Below, piece after piece: positions 13,070 through 25,462 of a stretch of DNA of 64,000 nucleotides. A model generated the notes under the pieces. That model ran no database searches. It was given only the letters and a program-made list of their open reading frames with translations, and was not told the DNA's origin. The stretch is from Raillietiella orientalis. Its lineage: Eukaryota. The stretch is from contig JAYWIR010000054.1 of the NCBI GenBank assembly GCA_036172245.1, forward strand, positions 558,001 to 622,000. The letters are read 5' to 3'. The translations under genes and the position numbers were made by a program. Numbering within the stretch: the stretch's first letter is position 1; each line of letters begins with the position of its first letter.

Positions 13070-14560
13070 GTGGTCACACCGGTTGTCCAATCACGTCCTT
13101 TCCGGTTCTAACCTGCCAGGTTACCGGTTCGCATATCGGTACACCACGGCAGCACTGGGAGAGAGGCGAGCAAAGAAAAAGAAAATAAAAATAAATAGAA
13201 AAACTTGGGAGGGGTACTGGAAGGGGTCGCGTCCTGATAAGGGCGGTCTTCTGCATCCTTTCGAGGATGCCGGCAAGTTCACACTGCATATGATCCAGGG
13301 TGGGGCCATCTCGTTGTCATCCCCGTGAATCGGACTGCAAAGTGGGTGTGGTATCCATGTTGCTGCGCCCTCCGGTGTCGCTCCACCCCCCCCCCCCCCC
13401 CCCCCACAATCCCGCGGATGCAACAAAGTGCTGCTGGGGATGCGGCAGGCATGAGAGCGTCGCTCAGGAAGATGCGCTTTAAAACGTCTCTGGCGTTGCC
13501 TCCAGGGGTACCAAGAGTCGCGACAAAGCGTCCCTAAAGGGGCGGAGGACAACACAGTCCATTAGCATGTGCGGAAGGGACTCCCGCTCCCTGCACCTTG
13601 CACAGTTTGGATCTACACACCCCTGTGTCGAATGATGCCGGAGGGCGTTGCACGGAAGGCACCAGTGCAGCAGCAGCAGCAGTAGCGACGACTCCTGCCA
13701 CTTCAAAGGGAGAGTGCGGCTGTCCGTGAGCACCGGGGGTCACTGCAGATCTTCCACCGGAAGTCCCAGTAGCTCGTCTCGTCGCAACAGTCCTCGAGGG
13801 ATGCACTCGGGGCTTCAACGTCCGTTAGCTGGCCCATCGTCCACTCACCTGGTCCTTTCCTCCTTCCATAGATTCCCATGGAGACCTCCCATCTAGCCGC
13901 GAGGCTGCTGCCCATTTCTTCCCTCAGGGAAGGCTGAGTTACGGCAAGAGAGGGTGATAACCCAGCCCACGCACATTTCAGCAGGTGTTCCAGGAGTTTT
14001 CCGGAGCGAGTAGTTGCCATGAGAACAGCTAAGCAAGCACTGCATCTGTTCCCCGGGCGTGGCTCCTCGTGCTGCGCCCACGTGTATAGGTTGCCCTGAA
14101 ACCAGTCGCCATCATCCGTGGGTCTGCAGGAGATGCAGCGGATGTTCCTCCTGGTGAGCGTGGCCATCTGCTGAAGCTGTGGTCCACAGTGGGAGAGGCT
14201 GCGGCGACGGCGCGCAAGGAAGGACACGAGTCCCGCTCTGGATGAGGATGCTGGCTCCAGGTGGTGCGGCAACCGGGAAGAGGGCTCCTCGTGAAGGTCC
14301 GGCCAGCTTCTGGATCGCTTATTGACCCCATCTGGGGTCTTCGGGCACGGACGCCGGGGCGACTGACTTGCCCACCCGCAGGGATTCCTGGAACTCATCG
14401 CTGATCGGGATTTTCCTGGAGCTTCACACGAATCCCTTAAAGAAGAGAGGCCACCCCGTTCCCCCTCCCGCTCCCTCCCACTTTCCCGAGCGATTCCATC
14501 AATCAGATGTGAACGGCTCTCCCAGGATGATCCATATCCTCGGTCGTCCCAAGCCCGGAG
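13070..14560 (-). mobile_element. Degenerate L1/Tx1-like non-LTR retrotransposon, RT C-terminus + zf-RVT finger + 3' UTR
   Basis: LLLHWCLPCNALRHH...DPNCARCRERESLPHMLMDC is a CxxC-E(S/T)xxH-C zf-RVT motif typical of L1-clade ORF2. Clear homology to 15500-16260, including a T-rich 3' UTR. Confidence 0.75.
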
Positions 14561-15467
14561 GGATCAATTATTAAAAAACCTCCCGTCGCAAGCGTCCCGC
14601 ATCAGTGGATGTTCCGACTGCAATCCCGGGAGGACAAGGGGGGGGGGGAGGGGAATGCTGGCGCTGTCTCCTCCTCGTTGGTGACGAACTCGACTCGGCG
14701 CTGGTTCGAATTGGCGCTCTCAGGGTGTTGCTACCTTCTTCCTCTTTTCCCCTGCCGACCTCCCTCCTTGCGGCCGGGAACATCGCGGCGCCGGGCTTGC
14801 CAGGTCGGCGGGAAGCAAAGGGAAGGGAAGAGGAACGCCGCCCCATACTACTGGCCGCTCCCGAGAGTCGGAGTGGCCCTTTCGAGCGGGATTTTCGCGC
14901 GGCTCAGGGAACGTTCGAAAGAGGAGGAGGGGGGGAATGCCGAGGGGCTTGCCGCTGAGCTTCGGCACCGGGAGGAACGGTGGGGGGCGACCGCCGCGAG
15001 GGTGAAAAATGCCTCTTGCAGGAGGGAGGGAGGGGAGCGTTGATGAAAGTGAAAGTGACCACGGGAGCGATATTGAGCGAGCACGCGACGGTAGATCTCG
15101 GGAGTCCGAATCCCATTCAGGAGGAGGAGGGAGGAAGGATAGAACGAAGGAAGAAGGGAGGAGGAAGGAAGGAGGAGCAGAAAGGAAGGAGGAGGGAAGA
15201 TGAGGAGGATTGATTGACCGCTGCAGCGCGTGGGTGAGCAGAAGTAGGGTGTGGGTACCCGTGGTCGAATCTCCGCGCCTCACTCCCCGCATCTTGCCCG
15301 GTGCATTTCGCACACGCGCGCGCGGGTTGGGGTGGGTGGGGACGCGCGAACAACGTAGAATTTTAACTACCTGCTCCTCCTCCTCTTCCCGCCCTCCTCG
15401 CGATGGGGGCCGGGGATCCTTGAAGCACATGCACACCGCTGCGTTTTCACTCGGGGACGCCTGGGGA

Positions 15468-17575
15468 ATTTATTTAAAGATTAAATAGACATTTATAGTT
15501 TGTGTGGTTGGACTGGTGGTCCAACCACGTTCTTCTGGTATACAACCTGCCGTGTTACTGGTTCGCAGATCAGTGAGGTCCACCGCGGCAGCAGAGAGGA
15601 GGGGCCAAACAAAAGGAAGAAGAAATAAACAAAACAGTTTGGAGGGAGGAGTACCGGGAAGGGATCACAGTCTGCTAGGGGCGGTCCTCTGCATCCTTTG
15701 GAGGATGCCGGCAAGCTTTGTATACATGTCCAAGTGGCGCCATCTGACCACTATCTGCAAAAAGCGAAGAGCGAAGTGGATGGCGTCGCTCCACGCCGCC
15801 TTGATCCCTCGGAGGCAGCAAACTGCTGCAAGGGCTGCGGCTGGCTGCAGGTTGTCACGCACAAAGAGTCGCACAACGTCCCTGGGATTGCCTCAAGGGA
15901 CTCCAAGCAAAGCGTTCCCAAAGGGACCGGAGGGCAACTTAGTCCACTAGCAGGTGCGGGAGGGATTCCCGCTCCCTGCACCTTGCACAGTTGGGGTCCA
16001 CACACCCTGTGCCCAGTAATGCCAGAGGGCATTGCACGGAAGGCCCCAGTGCAGCAGCAGCAGCAGTAGCGACGACTCCTGCCACTTCAAAGGGAGAGTG
16101 CGGCTGTCCGTGAGCACCGGGGGTCACTGCAGATCTTCCAATGAAAGAACCAGTAGCTCACCCCATCGCAGCAGTCCTCGATGGGGGGCAATTGGGGTCT
16201 CCGTGTCCGTTAGCTGGCCCGTCGTCCACCCTCCTCGTCTTTATTTCCTATCGGAGATTCCGGCACTGAACTCCGTTTTGTCGCTGCCTATTTGTACCTT
16301 AGGGAAGGCAGCGCTGCAGCGAGGGAAGTCCTGCCTGCCTCATGGAATATATACCGCACGCTCCAGGAGATATCTTCCGATATCTCCTGGAGATATCTTC
16401 CGATATCTCCTGGAGCGTGCAGTTGTTATGCGCGCAAAGGAAACGTCGCACCTTTTCCGCGCTTGGCTCTGGATCCTCGCCCGCGCGCGGATGGTTTCCC
16501 GCAACCAGGCGCTACCGTTTGCGGGGCGGCACGGGATAAGTACGCTATTCCTGGCCAGCGTGGCCGCCTGCCGAAGGCGCAGTCCGAGGCTGCATGTTAG
16601 CAAGCTGCACCCAAAGGTCACCATCCTGCTCCGTTAGCCGATCTCCGTGCTCGGCAGCGCTCCGGTCAGCTCTTCCGAGGTCAGTTCTTCGAGGAGAAAA
16701 GCCAGAACGGCTGGCCGCGCCCTGCACACTCGGAGGTCACATTTCGACCGCCCTGTAGCTGTAGTTGATCCAGCCGACGGACCGCGGTGTAGTCTATTGT
16801 TCTTGAAACGCTGTCCAATCCTCCCGAAGGCGCGTGCAACCCTTCAAGGTATAGGGGGCAATCCCGAAGGGATGACCCCATGGGTATCGAAAGGGCTCAG
16901 GAGGAAGGAGTGTTTGTTCCTCCTACGCTTGATGGGGGAACCCCGAAGGGAGTCCTCTCCCTGGTCGTCCCCGAGAAGGACCATCTCTTCCTGCTCTCTT
17001 CCTCCTACTTCTCCTTGTCCCTTCCTCCACCCTTCCTCTTCCTCCTGCTCTTCCTCATTCTTTCCAGAGGTAGGCGCTCCTCATTTCTTCCCCGGAGAGA
17101 GCTCCAGGAAAGGATCCGCACCTGGTTTCCTCCTCTGAAGAGAACCGCGAAGGGGCGCTTCCGAATTTCCCTGAGGGTCGCTCCCTGGAGGGAGCGGCGC
17201 GCTTCATGCACTCTGGAGAGGCAGTTCCTTGAGGAAGGGGGACAACCGACTCCATGGTACGCGATTGAGGGTAAATGGGGAAGCTTCATTTTCACGGACG
17301 GAGGCAACCCTGAGAGACTCCTCGATTCCTGGGTTGACCCCACAGGGTCAACTTCCAATCCCATCCAGTCAGCGGGATCATCTGGGGGGTTTCCGGCTTT
17401 TTCCAGTGCCGAATCCGAATGGACCAACCAGCGCCATCCTGAGGGGGGGCACCCAAAACCCACGACACACTCACATTATTTCCTCGCGGTCGACCCTTCC
17501 TTCCCCGGGAGGGATTCGAACCTGCGACGCCTAGTGGTACAGTGCGCGCAGACCGCGGCCGCCCGGCCGCCAGCG
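15468..17575 (-). mobile_element. ~2.1-kb L1/Tx1-like element: tRNA-like head, ORF1 N-terminal region, internal deletion, RT C-terminus, zf-RVT, 3' UTR ending near AATAAA
   Basis: B-box GGTTCGAATCCC at 17522-17511. The 5' body is shared with the copies at 27.4-28.06 kb, 32.5-32.7 kb and 35.05-35.47 kb. DPNCARCRERESLPHLLVD finger at ~15940-16010; minus-strand AATAAA near 15470. Confidence 0.7.
16356..16420. repeat. Palindrome with internal 23-nt tandem duplication
   Basis: GCACGCTCCAGGAGATATC ... GATATCTCCTGGAGCGTGC forms a perfect 19-bp stem; ATATCTTCCGATATCTCCTGGAG occurs twice in tandem. Confidence 0.95.
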
Positions 17576-18079
17576 AGTTGCTTCGGGAGCTCCTGAGGAT
17601 GCGGCAAGACCATTGCTGCGCGTCCCGGGGAGGCGTTGAACCCCTCGAATTTCTCTGCGCAAGGATGACACGCAAAATCGTGAAGCGTTCCACATTTTTT
17701 TGTACACGCTTCGGCTGTACATATACTAAAATTGGGAGGGAATGATCGCGACATTTTTCCTTCCGAGGGGAGGAGCTCCCCTCCTCCTCTTTTCCCTCCT
17801 CTCTTCCGGTCGCCTCCGCAAGGACGTGGAAGCAGCTCCGGAACGTGTCCGGGACAGGGGAGGGGGGCAGGCCGTCATGGCAACGGTAGGGGGAGGAAAG
17901 GATCGGCAGCGAGTCGCGGCGTTCCTGAACTCCGGTCCGCACCCAGTGGGCCCAACGTCGGGCTCGCTGACCATCGGGCCGAGTTCCGACCAAAAAGAAC
18001 TAGTCGCAAGTCACCCACGAACGGCCCCGCGTCGGAGGGAAGAGGGCACACAGTACCCCGGGAGAGCCTTGGAAGGATA

Positions 18080-19575
18080 GCGGGTGCTCGGCAGAACTGG
18101 CAGCTCCCCTGTCGCCGAAGACCACCACCTGCCCCTCAGCTTCAGCTGCTCAAGAAGACTCTGCCGAGAATTTACCTGCCGAGGGGCGTGGTAGGTGACC
18201 TCTCGGCAGAGGAAGACCCTCCCTCATCCTCTGGGCTCTTGTTCTGTGTTGGCACCTTCCGAGGAGGGGGCGAGGCGAACCTCTGTTGCCCGCCCGGCAC
18301 CGTCAGAATCCGCCTCGGGAGGACGCGAGCCCTCGTTATTGCCCGAGGGAAGCCCCTGGAATTCTCTCCTCGTGGAGATCACTCTCTCAGATGGGTCGCC
18401 TCGGTCTCACGGATCCAGCCGTGCTAGTAGGTCCCGCAAGATGGCCTCACGTTCAGAGTGCAGCGCCGCCGCTTCCTCCGCTTGGGGCTCTGGCATCAGT
18501 CTCTTGTGGAGTCGCCCAGACGGATCGCCCAGCAATCGGGGAGGCTAATTCTCCTCAGCCTCGCTGGAGACCCTTCGCCGGTGTGCGTCCATAGCCCCCG
18601 TTCAGGAGCGCGTCCAACACCGCCGGCTACCCCCCGTGGAGGCGCTGCTCCAGAAAAAGAGAGCGTTTCCGGAGCCACCCAGCATCCCCTGCAGGAGTGC
18701 GGTCGGGAAGGAACGAGTTCGCCGTCGGGACCCTGGGTGGCAGCTCCACGCCGTTTTCCGTTTCTCGCATCCCCTCCTCCACGAGAAAGACGGTTTCTCC
18801 TCAATGAGCGCGTGTGGCAACCCTGAGGGGAGTCTGGAGTCGCTTAATACCTGCTGAACGACGAAAAGCGAAGCGGCTGGAAGGCCCGGAGGCTCGCAAT
18901 TTCCCAGGAAGCGTTCGGGGCTCCCGGGGCTATCGCTAGCTCCGCTCTTGGGTCACGTTGCCATCCTGGAGACATCCTCGACTCCTCGGGTTGACTCCTG
19001 AGACGCGCGAGCGTGCAGCGTGGCCTCGCGCGGATCCCCCCTCCGGGAAGGGGGGCAATCGCGGAGGAACCCAGGGCATGGCTTTGCGGCGTCCTTCCTT
19101 TCGGAAAGGCGGGAGGACGGCGAAGCCCCAGCTGGATGACGCAAGAGAGGGAAGGAAAGGGGGGAGGCGGCTGCCTCCCGAAGGACGAGGGCGGAGGTTC
19201 TCTCTCGGACCATGGCAGCTCACTCCGAGTAGCGACGGGGCAGATGGTGGAAGCTGTCCTGACCTGAGCGAGCCGTGGGACCGAGCTCGCTATTCCTCGC
19301 GGAGGGACCCTCCCACCCAGCAGAAGTCGCCGCCATCTTGTGCCCCATCGAGGCACCTCGCTCAGGAGCGCATCTCTGCCGCCAGAGGGGAGGCGGCCTC
19401 GTAAGAACCAAGCGCCAGACGAGGACATCGCCTGCAGCGCTCGAGAACCCAGGAACCGAGGAACGGCAGCGCGGTGACCACCCTCCCCTTGACCTCCCAC
19501 ATCCCTTACCTTATTTTATTTTATTTTATTCTTTTTTCTGTCGCAGCCCCTTCTCGCTCCAGAGCTCTCTCTCCC
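18080..19575 (+). mobile_element. Degenerate L1/Tx1-like RT-to-3'UTR fragment
   Basis: The 3' part (19430-19540: CCC-rich, then TTATTTTATTTT) resembles the 3' UTR of the 13.2-kb copy read in its sense direction. Scattered RT-like peptide remnants lie upstream. Boundaries approximate. Confidence 0.45.
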
Positions 19576-19576
19576 C

Positions 19577-19613
19577 TCGCTTCTCGACCTTTTGGCTAAG
19601 ATCAAAGTGTAGT
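19577..19613 (+). pseudogene. U2: U2 snRNA 5' fragment (nt 2-38)
   Basis: TCGCTTCTCGACCTTTTGGCTAAGATCAAAGTGTAGT matches U2 nt 2-38 at 36/37 positions and ends at GTGTAGT. Confidence 0.92.
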
Positions 19614-20612
19614 CTCCCCTCTGAGAGCTCGATCTCAGCTCCCTCTGTGGGCATTTTACTTCATCTGCATCCCCTCGAGCACTCCGAGAAGACCTTCTCT
19701 TCGGGGAGACCTGAAACGACCCCAGACGGTGGATCCAGGACAGCGGCTGCTCTCCCTTAGCCGCTGCGCTGGACGGGACGAAAGCGGCAGCTGCCTGCAG
19801 GGAGGGCGGAACTTTTCCGGTCCCGTATCCGGAGTAACAAGACCCAGAGGCGGTGGGTGGTCGATGGGCCAGCATACCGACGCGCTTTGCCAGCAGTCCC
19901 TGGGACGGCTGGGAGAGGCTTCCGGACTCCCCATCCGCAGACCCACAGATCGCCTCCAGCATTTACAGGCAGATTCGTGCATCAGCAGCGCGCGGCGTCG
20001 CTCTTTCCGCGCTGGGAGGTTCCCTGGGAAACAAGTGTCGACATCCGCGGTCTTCGCTGGCCGAGGGGAGAGGGGAAACGGAGGTGCCCGCCTCTGGACT
20101 TGCGGCTTCCTCCAGAGCGATCGGCAGCAGCCGCTCGTCCCCTCCCTTCCCTTCCCGACAGCTTTGAGGGGCCTACTGCGGTGCTGGTGTCGACGCGCTT
20201 TCGCCTGCCTGCCCCGATGGCAACTCCCCCCCTTCCCCTTCTTCACGCTCGCGTGTCGGAAACCGGCCGGCGAAGACGGCAGGCCGTGCGACTCGCTCCC
20301 TCTATGATCGGGGAGGAGAATCGAACTGGTCCCCATCTGTAGCACCCGGCCGACCACTCAGACCGTCCTTTGGTCCTCCCTCACTGATTCACTTTTTATC
20401 GCGGGATAACTTCCCCCTCCTCTCCTTCACCCTACCTTTCTGGTCTTCTCGAGCAGCTGACCTGATAGTAGGTTGATTCGCTCCCTCCTTCCGGGATCCA
20501 AGCGTTGCCTAGGAAACAGCATCCTCTTTTGCGTGCTTTCCTGCGGTAAGCGTCCCGGCATGACCTTCCCAGCATCTTCGAGGTTGATACACATTTTTTT
20601 AATCAATAAAAC
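19614..20612 (+). mobile_element. 5'-truncated L1/Tx1-like 3' portion fused to the U2 fragment, ending at AATAAA
   Basis: Remnants ASSIYRQIR and LLRCWCRRAFACL...LACRKPAGED...CDSL fall in the order expected for an ORF2 C-terminus. A pyrimidine-rich tail ends at AATAAA 20605-20610. Confidence 0.5.
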
Positions 20613-23600
20613 CGTGCGGTGAGGAGAGAGTCGGGATGTGACATCCCTGAAGGAAAGGTATCCATCCTCATTGAGGACGCAACTAGGGAGGAAGGAGAAG
20701 AGGGAGGAGATCGAACATAGAATGAAAAAATAAGGATAGAGGTGGACCCACCTCGCGGTGCCGAGCGATCCTCGTGGGCCTGTGACTGGCAGGGAGAGGA
20801 GGGGGAAGAGGGGGTGCGCTTGCCTCCGGACTTCGAGATGGTCAGATCGCGACCGTCCCGAGACACCCTCGGAGCCGACCCCGGCCTGTACGGAACCCGT
20901 ATGCTGCCCCTGCGGCTGCCTCTTGGTGCCAGCAGGCCGCTAGAATGGAAACGGTTGGTAAGCGCGGAGGGGTGAGCGAGAAGAGGCCCCTGAGGGCGGC
21001 GGCATCGGCAACCCGGAGTGCCCCTGATGAGCTCCTGGGACATTCTGTCAGTACGTGAAGAGAAGCTGGTGGACGGCGGGCGCTCCCCTCGGGCACCCTC
21101 CCCTGCCCCATAGGGGCACGGCGACTTCCGGACTGCTCGCTTCACTCCCCAAGAGTGAGAGTCGACAGGGAATTCGTCCCCCTTCCCGCCAGCCCCAGAC
21201 GGCGACGGCGACCATCATGGCAGCTGGAGTGCTCTCGAAAGCCTTCCCGCCGTCTCCTAGCGCGCTTCTAGAAGTGGGTGGGCGGGAACCAGCGGCGGAA
21301 GGAAGAGGGCCTTAAGTGGCGCGCCGAAGGTCATCAGGGAGGACAACGCGCAAGTCTTCAGATGAAGCCGGCGCCTAAAGTCACTCATTGTTGCAGGGCT
21401 GCCGTCTAGATTCCTCCTTTCCCCCCCTTCTTCCTCCTCGTCCTCCTCCTCTCTTCCTTCCTTTTCTTCCTCTTTTCCTTCCTCTTCCTTCTCCTTTTTC
21501 CCTCCTCCTCCACCACTGCTTCCGAGGGTGGGGGTAGGGGGCAAGACTTCCGACGGGACCAGCATGATGGCAGTCTGCTGGTTGCCAAGGGGAAAAACAG
21601 GGACATCGACCAGCGCCCCCGAGATCTCGAAGTTTCCGCGGGAGGTGCCCTGTGGCCTGATCGGTGTCTTCAGCTTCCGGCCGAGGTCCTCAGACGTCTC
21701 GTCTCTCGCGTGCAGAGGCGCTCCGCACTGAGCGAAGAAGGGTCGGCGACACCTGCGGCCCGGTGGGTCACTCTCCCTTGTGGTTCCACTTCCAACCGAT
21801 GCGGGGGGGGATGCGCTCGGACGGTCCTAGAGTGCCGCCTCGCGCTTCGCAGAGTCCTCTCCGGAAGGGTAGGGGGATTCGCCCCACATTGTTTGTCTAT
21901 CCCTGCAGGCTCTGGACTAGTTCAGCCGTCGCGTCTTTGCTGGGTAAGCCTGGCCTCTTCGCCTCCAGGATTCCCTCCAGCCGCTAGGCCATCTCTGCTC
22001 GATGCGAGGCGGGCAAACCGGCCGACAGCGCCGCAGGTGACTGCAGAGGACGGCGACGGGGTGGAGCCGGGAGGGCCATGTCCACGGACGGGCGCGCCTC
22101 CCACAGTCCTCAGAGGTGGGCAGCAGCGCGAGAGACGGAAGCGGGGCGATCAATCTCCTCCCTCGGGACGAATTCCTCTCCAACCCCCTTCGCGAGCGCG
22201 CGAACCCCCGTCTTCCCTTCCGCCCCGATGGCGCCTCCGCTCGCCTCCTGCTCGAGGACCCTTCGGTCCGCCCTCTGTCCCGACACCATCCGGAGGGAGC
22301 GAGTTTCTCTTGACCCCGGCCGAGAACCGCCGACCGGAGCGCACAGCCCAGAATGGGACGGCTGGACGGCTCCCGTCCCTCGGGAAAACCCGGTCCCCGC
22401 ATTGCGGACCGCCACGGAGACGAACGGGGTTCCTTGGCCGGGGTGACCATGAAAACAACTTGCGAAAGGGAAAGGAATGGGTGAAGGGCAGTTGGTCAGC
22501 TTCCTCCCGCAGTCCAGCAGGACGCGGCCCCGGGCGCTTCCTTGGATACTAGGGGTTCCAACTGCCCCTCGGCGCCAGCAGCCCAAGTTTGCCGGTGGGC
22601 GTCTTTCTTTCCACTCAAGAGCTTCCGGCCTCCTCCCGGCGCCTGCGCCTGCGCCGGACGGTCTCCCCCCTCATCCCGGAGGATGCGGCGACGTCACGTC
22701 TCTCTCTGGAAGGGGGAGAAAGAAGGAGAGACTGAAAGATCAAACAAGGGCGGGAAGAAAGCCTCCAAAGGCTCCAGCGGTACTATTGGCCAGTCCCCCT
22801 GCGCTTACGAGGACCACTCGCTCCCCCTTTTTCTCGTGAGGGCATCTCAGACATCAGACTAAGAAATCAGGACAGCGGGGGAAGGGTGGACGGTGGCCCG
22901 CGCACTGGGCCGGCTAACCGCTGGAGGTGGCCCTTACGGCTAGCCAGTCGTCGGCTGTCTCAGTCTTTGCCGGGCCGGGACGGATGGGGAGGCCTGGGAG
23001 AAGCCAGTGGCCCTGGCTGCGCCTGGTCGCGTGGGCATCCTCCTCTTCCCTGATGCCTCCGCCGCCGGCGGGTCGTGGAGGGCCTCGGGCGCGTCGCGCG
23101 AACCAGGAAGACAGTGGGGATGTCGCGACCTGGAACCAGGAGCACCCGTCCGCTCGTGCCTGCCGCAACAGGGGAAGGTTTCCAGGACCCATCGTCTGGT
23201 CCGCTCCCACGACGCACGAGGGAGGACTTCCTCCTGCCTTCCTCCGTCCGTGAGCTGCATAATTCCTAACGCACCTTCCCTCAGCAACCAGAGATGACAC
23301 CCGCGTAGGTACAACCATGGCTTCCGGCTGTCGAGCAGGAAACGGCAGCGGCACCCTCCATTCGTGTAAACCTAAGCCGATCAAAAGCACCCACCTCTAA
23401 GAACAGAGAATTTCCAGAGCCTCTGGGCACTACTGTTCGTGCAACACCCATTCGCGAAGTTCCATCTGCAGCACGATCACTCATGGGGTAACCATGCCAC
23501 TGTCGTCGGAACCACGGCTCCTACAAGCGATTACCAAACCACAAGAAACAGTTCACGACCCTTCCACCCATCTCAATTAACCCTCGGAGCGCTACGGACT

Positions 23601-23649
23601 CATCGAAGCGGCCGGCGAAAACCCCCAGCGTGCGCCATGGATGCGTCTG

Positions 23650-24160
23650 TGGGTTCTGCGAAAATTATCGGCGTGGACCGTGGACTCGCATGTGGGCTTG
23701 GCAAATGTATCTACCTTGTACACGCTACATAAGTTTACACTATCCATGCTGGGAATGGACGCATACACTTAAGTTCCTATAGTTACCTTAGCAACGGCAG
23801 TAATCAAAACTCTATTTATATCGTCTGACTGTTCTCGGTTTCTCTCGGTGTCGTACAGAATTTATTGTATGGTATTTCACCTCTGTGATATCCTAAAAAT
23901 GTGAATGATTTATTCAAATTATAACGATCGATTTGAAATAAATAACGTATGTGTTTCGGAGAAAGCAAACGATTCTATCCAATGTGGTGTGAATAAACAA
24001 TTACAATGGCAACTTGAATCAGCACTTTAGAAAGTCGCTCGGTGCCTCTGATAGAGCGCGCGAAAGATCATTCGGTCCACGGAGGTCGCGGCTGCGACCT
24101 GCGTGCCGTCGACGCAGAAGAGTTTCAGTCTGACGAGCCCCGCACCCAAAGGGTTAACGA
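23650..24160. repeat. Left arm of a ~500-bp inverted repeat (partner 31976-32470)
   Basis: Direct reverse-complement alignment; the core 23830-24125 is nearly identical and the outer part is more diverged. Confidence 0.9.
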
Positions 24161-24315
24161 TACTCTCCTTACTTCTGGCAACAGCATAAACATAAAACGC
24201 TTCTTTATCCATCTCGCATATTCCCAAGTATTAGACCACAACTAACAAAGCTACCTGTAAAAGACATCCCACAAATAATAATAATAAACATTTGCATTCC
24301 TCAATGAATATTACG

Positions 24316-24491
24316 CCTTTCCAGCCTACTAATCACTCTTCTTACATCAGCTCTATTCCAGCATGCCACCCACAACCAACCCCATTATATCACAGCAAAG
24401 CCAAAACAACCTACTGTACCACAAGCTGTCGTCATTCCCGTTAAAATATCTCGGCACCTATACATAGCCATTTCCATACCAACCACCCTTG
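24316..24491. repeat. Left arm of a 176-bp inverted repeat (partner 25463-25638)
   Basis: Reverse-complement match with only two mismatches seen. Confidence 0.95.
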
Positions 24492-25462
24492 CTGAAGATG
24501 CAAAGATAACATCAAACTTCCACCCACCTCCCCATGCCCCCCTTCTTCAAACCCACCCACGAGTCATCAACTGTTGCATGTCTCTTCCTCCCGCTTCGCA
24601 GTTGCCTCTAACGGATGGGTTAACAATGCCTCTATTAGGATTGCGTCAACAATGAACGATTGTTGCCAAGCAGCCCCTCCATTGTTGACCCTATTCCAGT
24701 CGAGGGAGAAACCCCGCGCGCACAAAAAAGCCAAAAGAGGGAAGGGGAGGAACGGTTAGAAAAAAAAAAAAAAACGCGCAATTACAAATCTCCTCCCCCC
24801 GCCTAATGGGGCGCCGACCGATTGGATTGCAGCGGGGCGCAGGCTGGGGAAGGCATGAGAGGCATGAAACTTGCCATGATCGCTGCGAGAAGGGAGAGCT
24901 CTTCCCCTCCTCCTCCTCCTCTCCCCTTGGAGCACGTCGTCCCTCTTCTCCCAGCCGAAGACCCGCAGCCACGAGCGCGGGCATCGCGATCGCACTGCTC
25001 CTTCGACGACCACGACCGCCCAGACGGGCCCGCGCAGCACGGTCGAACGGCTCCTCATAGGCTACGGTGCGATGTGCCGGGACTCAGCGAGAGGCGGCAC
25101 TCCGGACGTGCACTCTGCTTGTGCTCCCTGAGGTTCCCCTTCCCTGGTATCCCGCGATTAGGGCGCGAGATGGATGGAAGCTGCCACGACGGCAGACCGC
25201 CAAATGATGGCACGGCGCGGAAGGCATCCGGCACGTCCTCCAAAGACGCAGGTAGGGGTTTCAGGGGTGGGGCGGGGTGGAGATGCGGAGGAGGAGAAAC
25301 TTTCGTTTCTTTGCCCTTCCGAGAGGGGCTCATTGCCCTCTTCCTCCTCTCTCTTTCCCTCTCTCGGAGCTGGCGGGACCCTGGGGGGTTTCTCGGTGTG
25401 TCGCGCTCCTCGGAAAGTTTAACCCGAGGCATTCGGAGAGGGACGTTCGCAAGGGACGTCAT

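Noticed and set aside
17500..17575. Functional tRNA genes at the four B-box sites
   Set aside because: No complete cloverleaf, variable A-to-B spacing and no oligo-T terminator; treated as repeat heads.
19576..19680. Full-length variant U2 gene (a hairpin CTGAGA/TCTCAG follows the fragment)
   Set aside because: Primary similarity ends at nt 38; no convincing Sm site or 3' stem-loops at the expected spacing.
24055..24160. Hammerhead-like CTGA(C/T)GA followed by a short covarying stem in both inverted-repeat arms
   Set aside because: The required GAAA after stem II is TAAC/TAAG, and the upstream CGAAA does not give valid stems II/III or a UH cleavage site.
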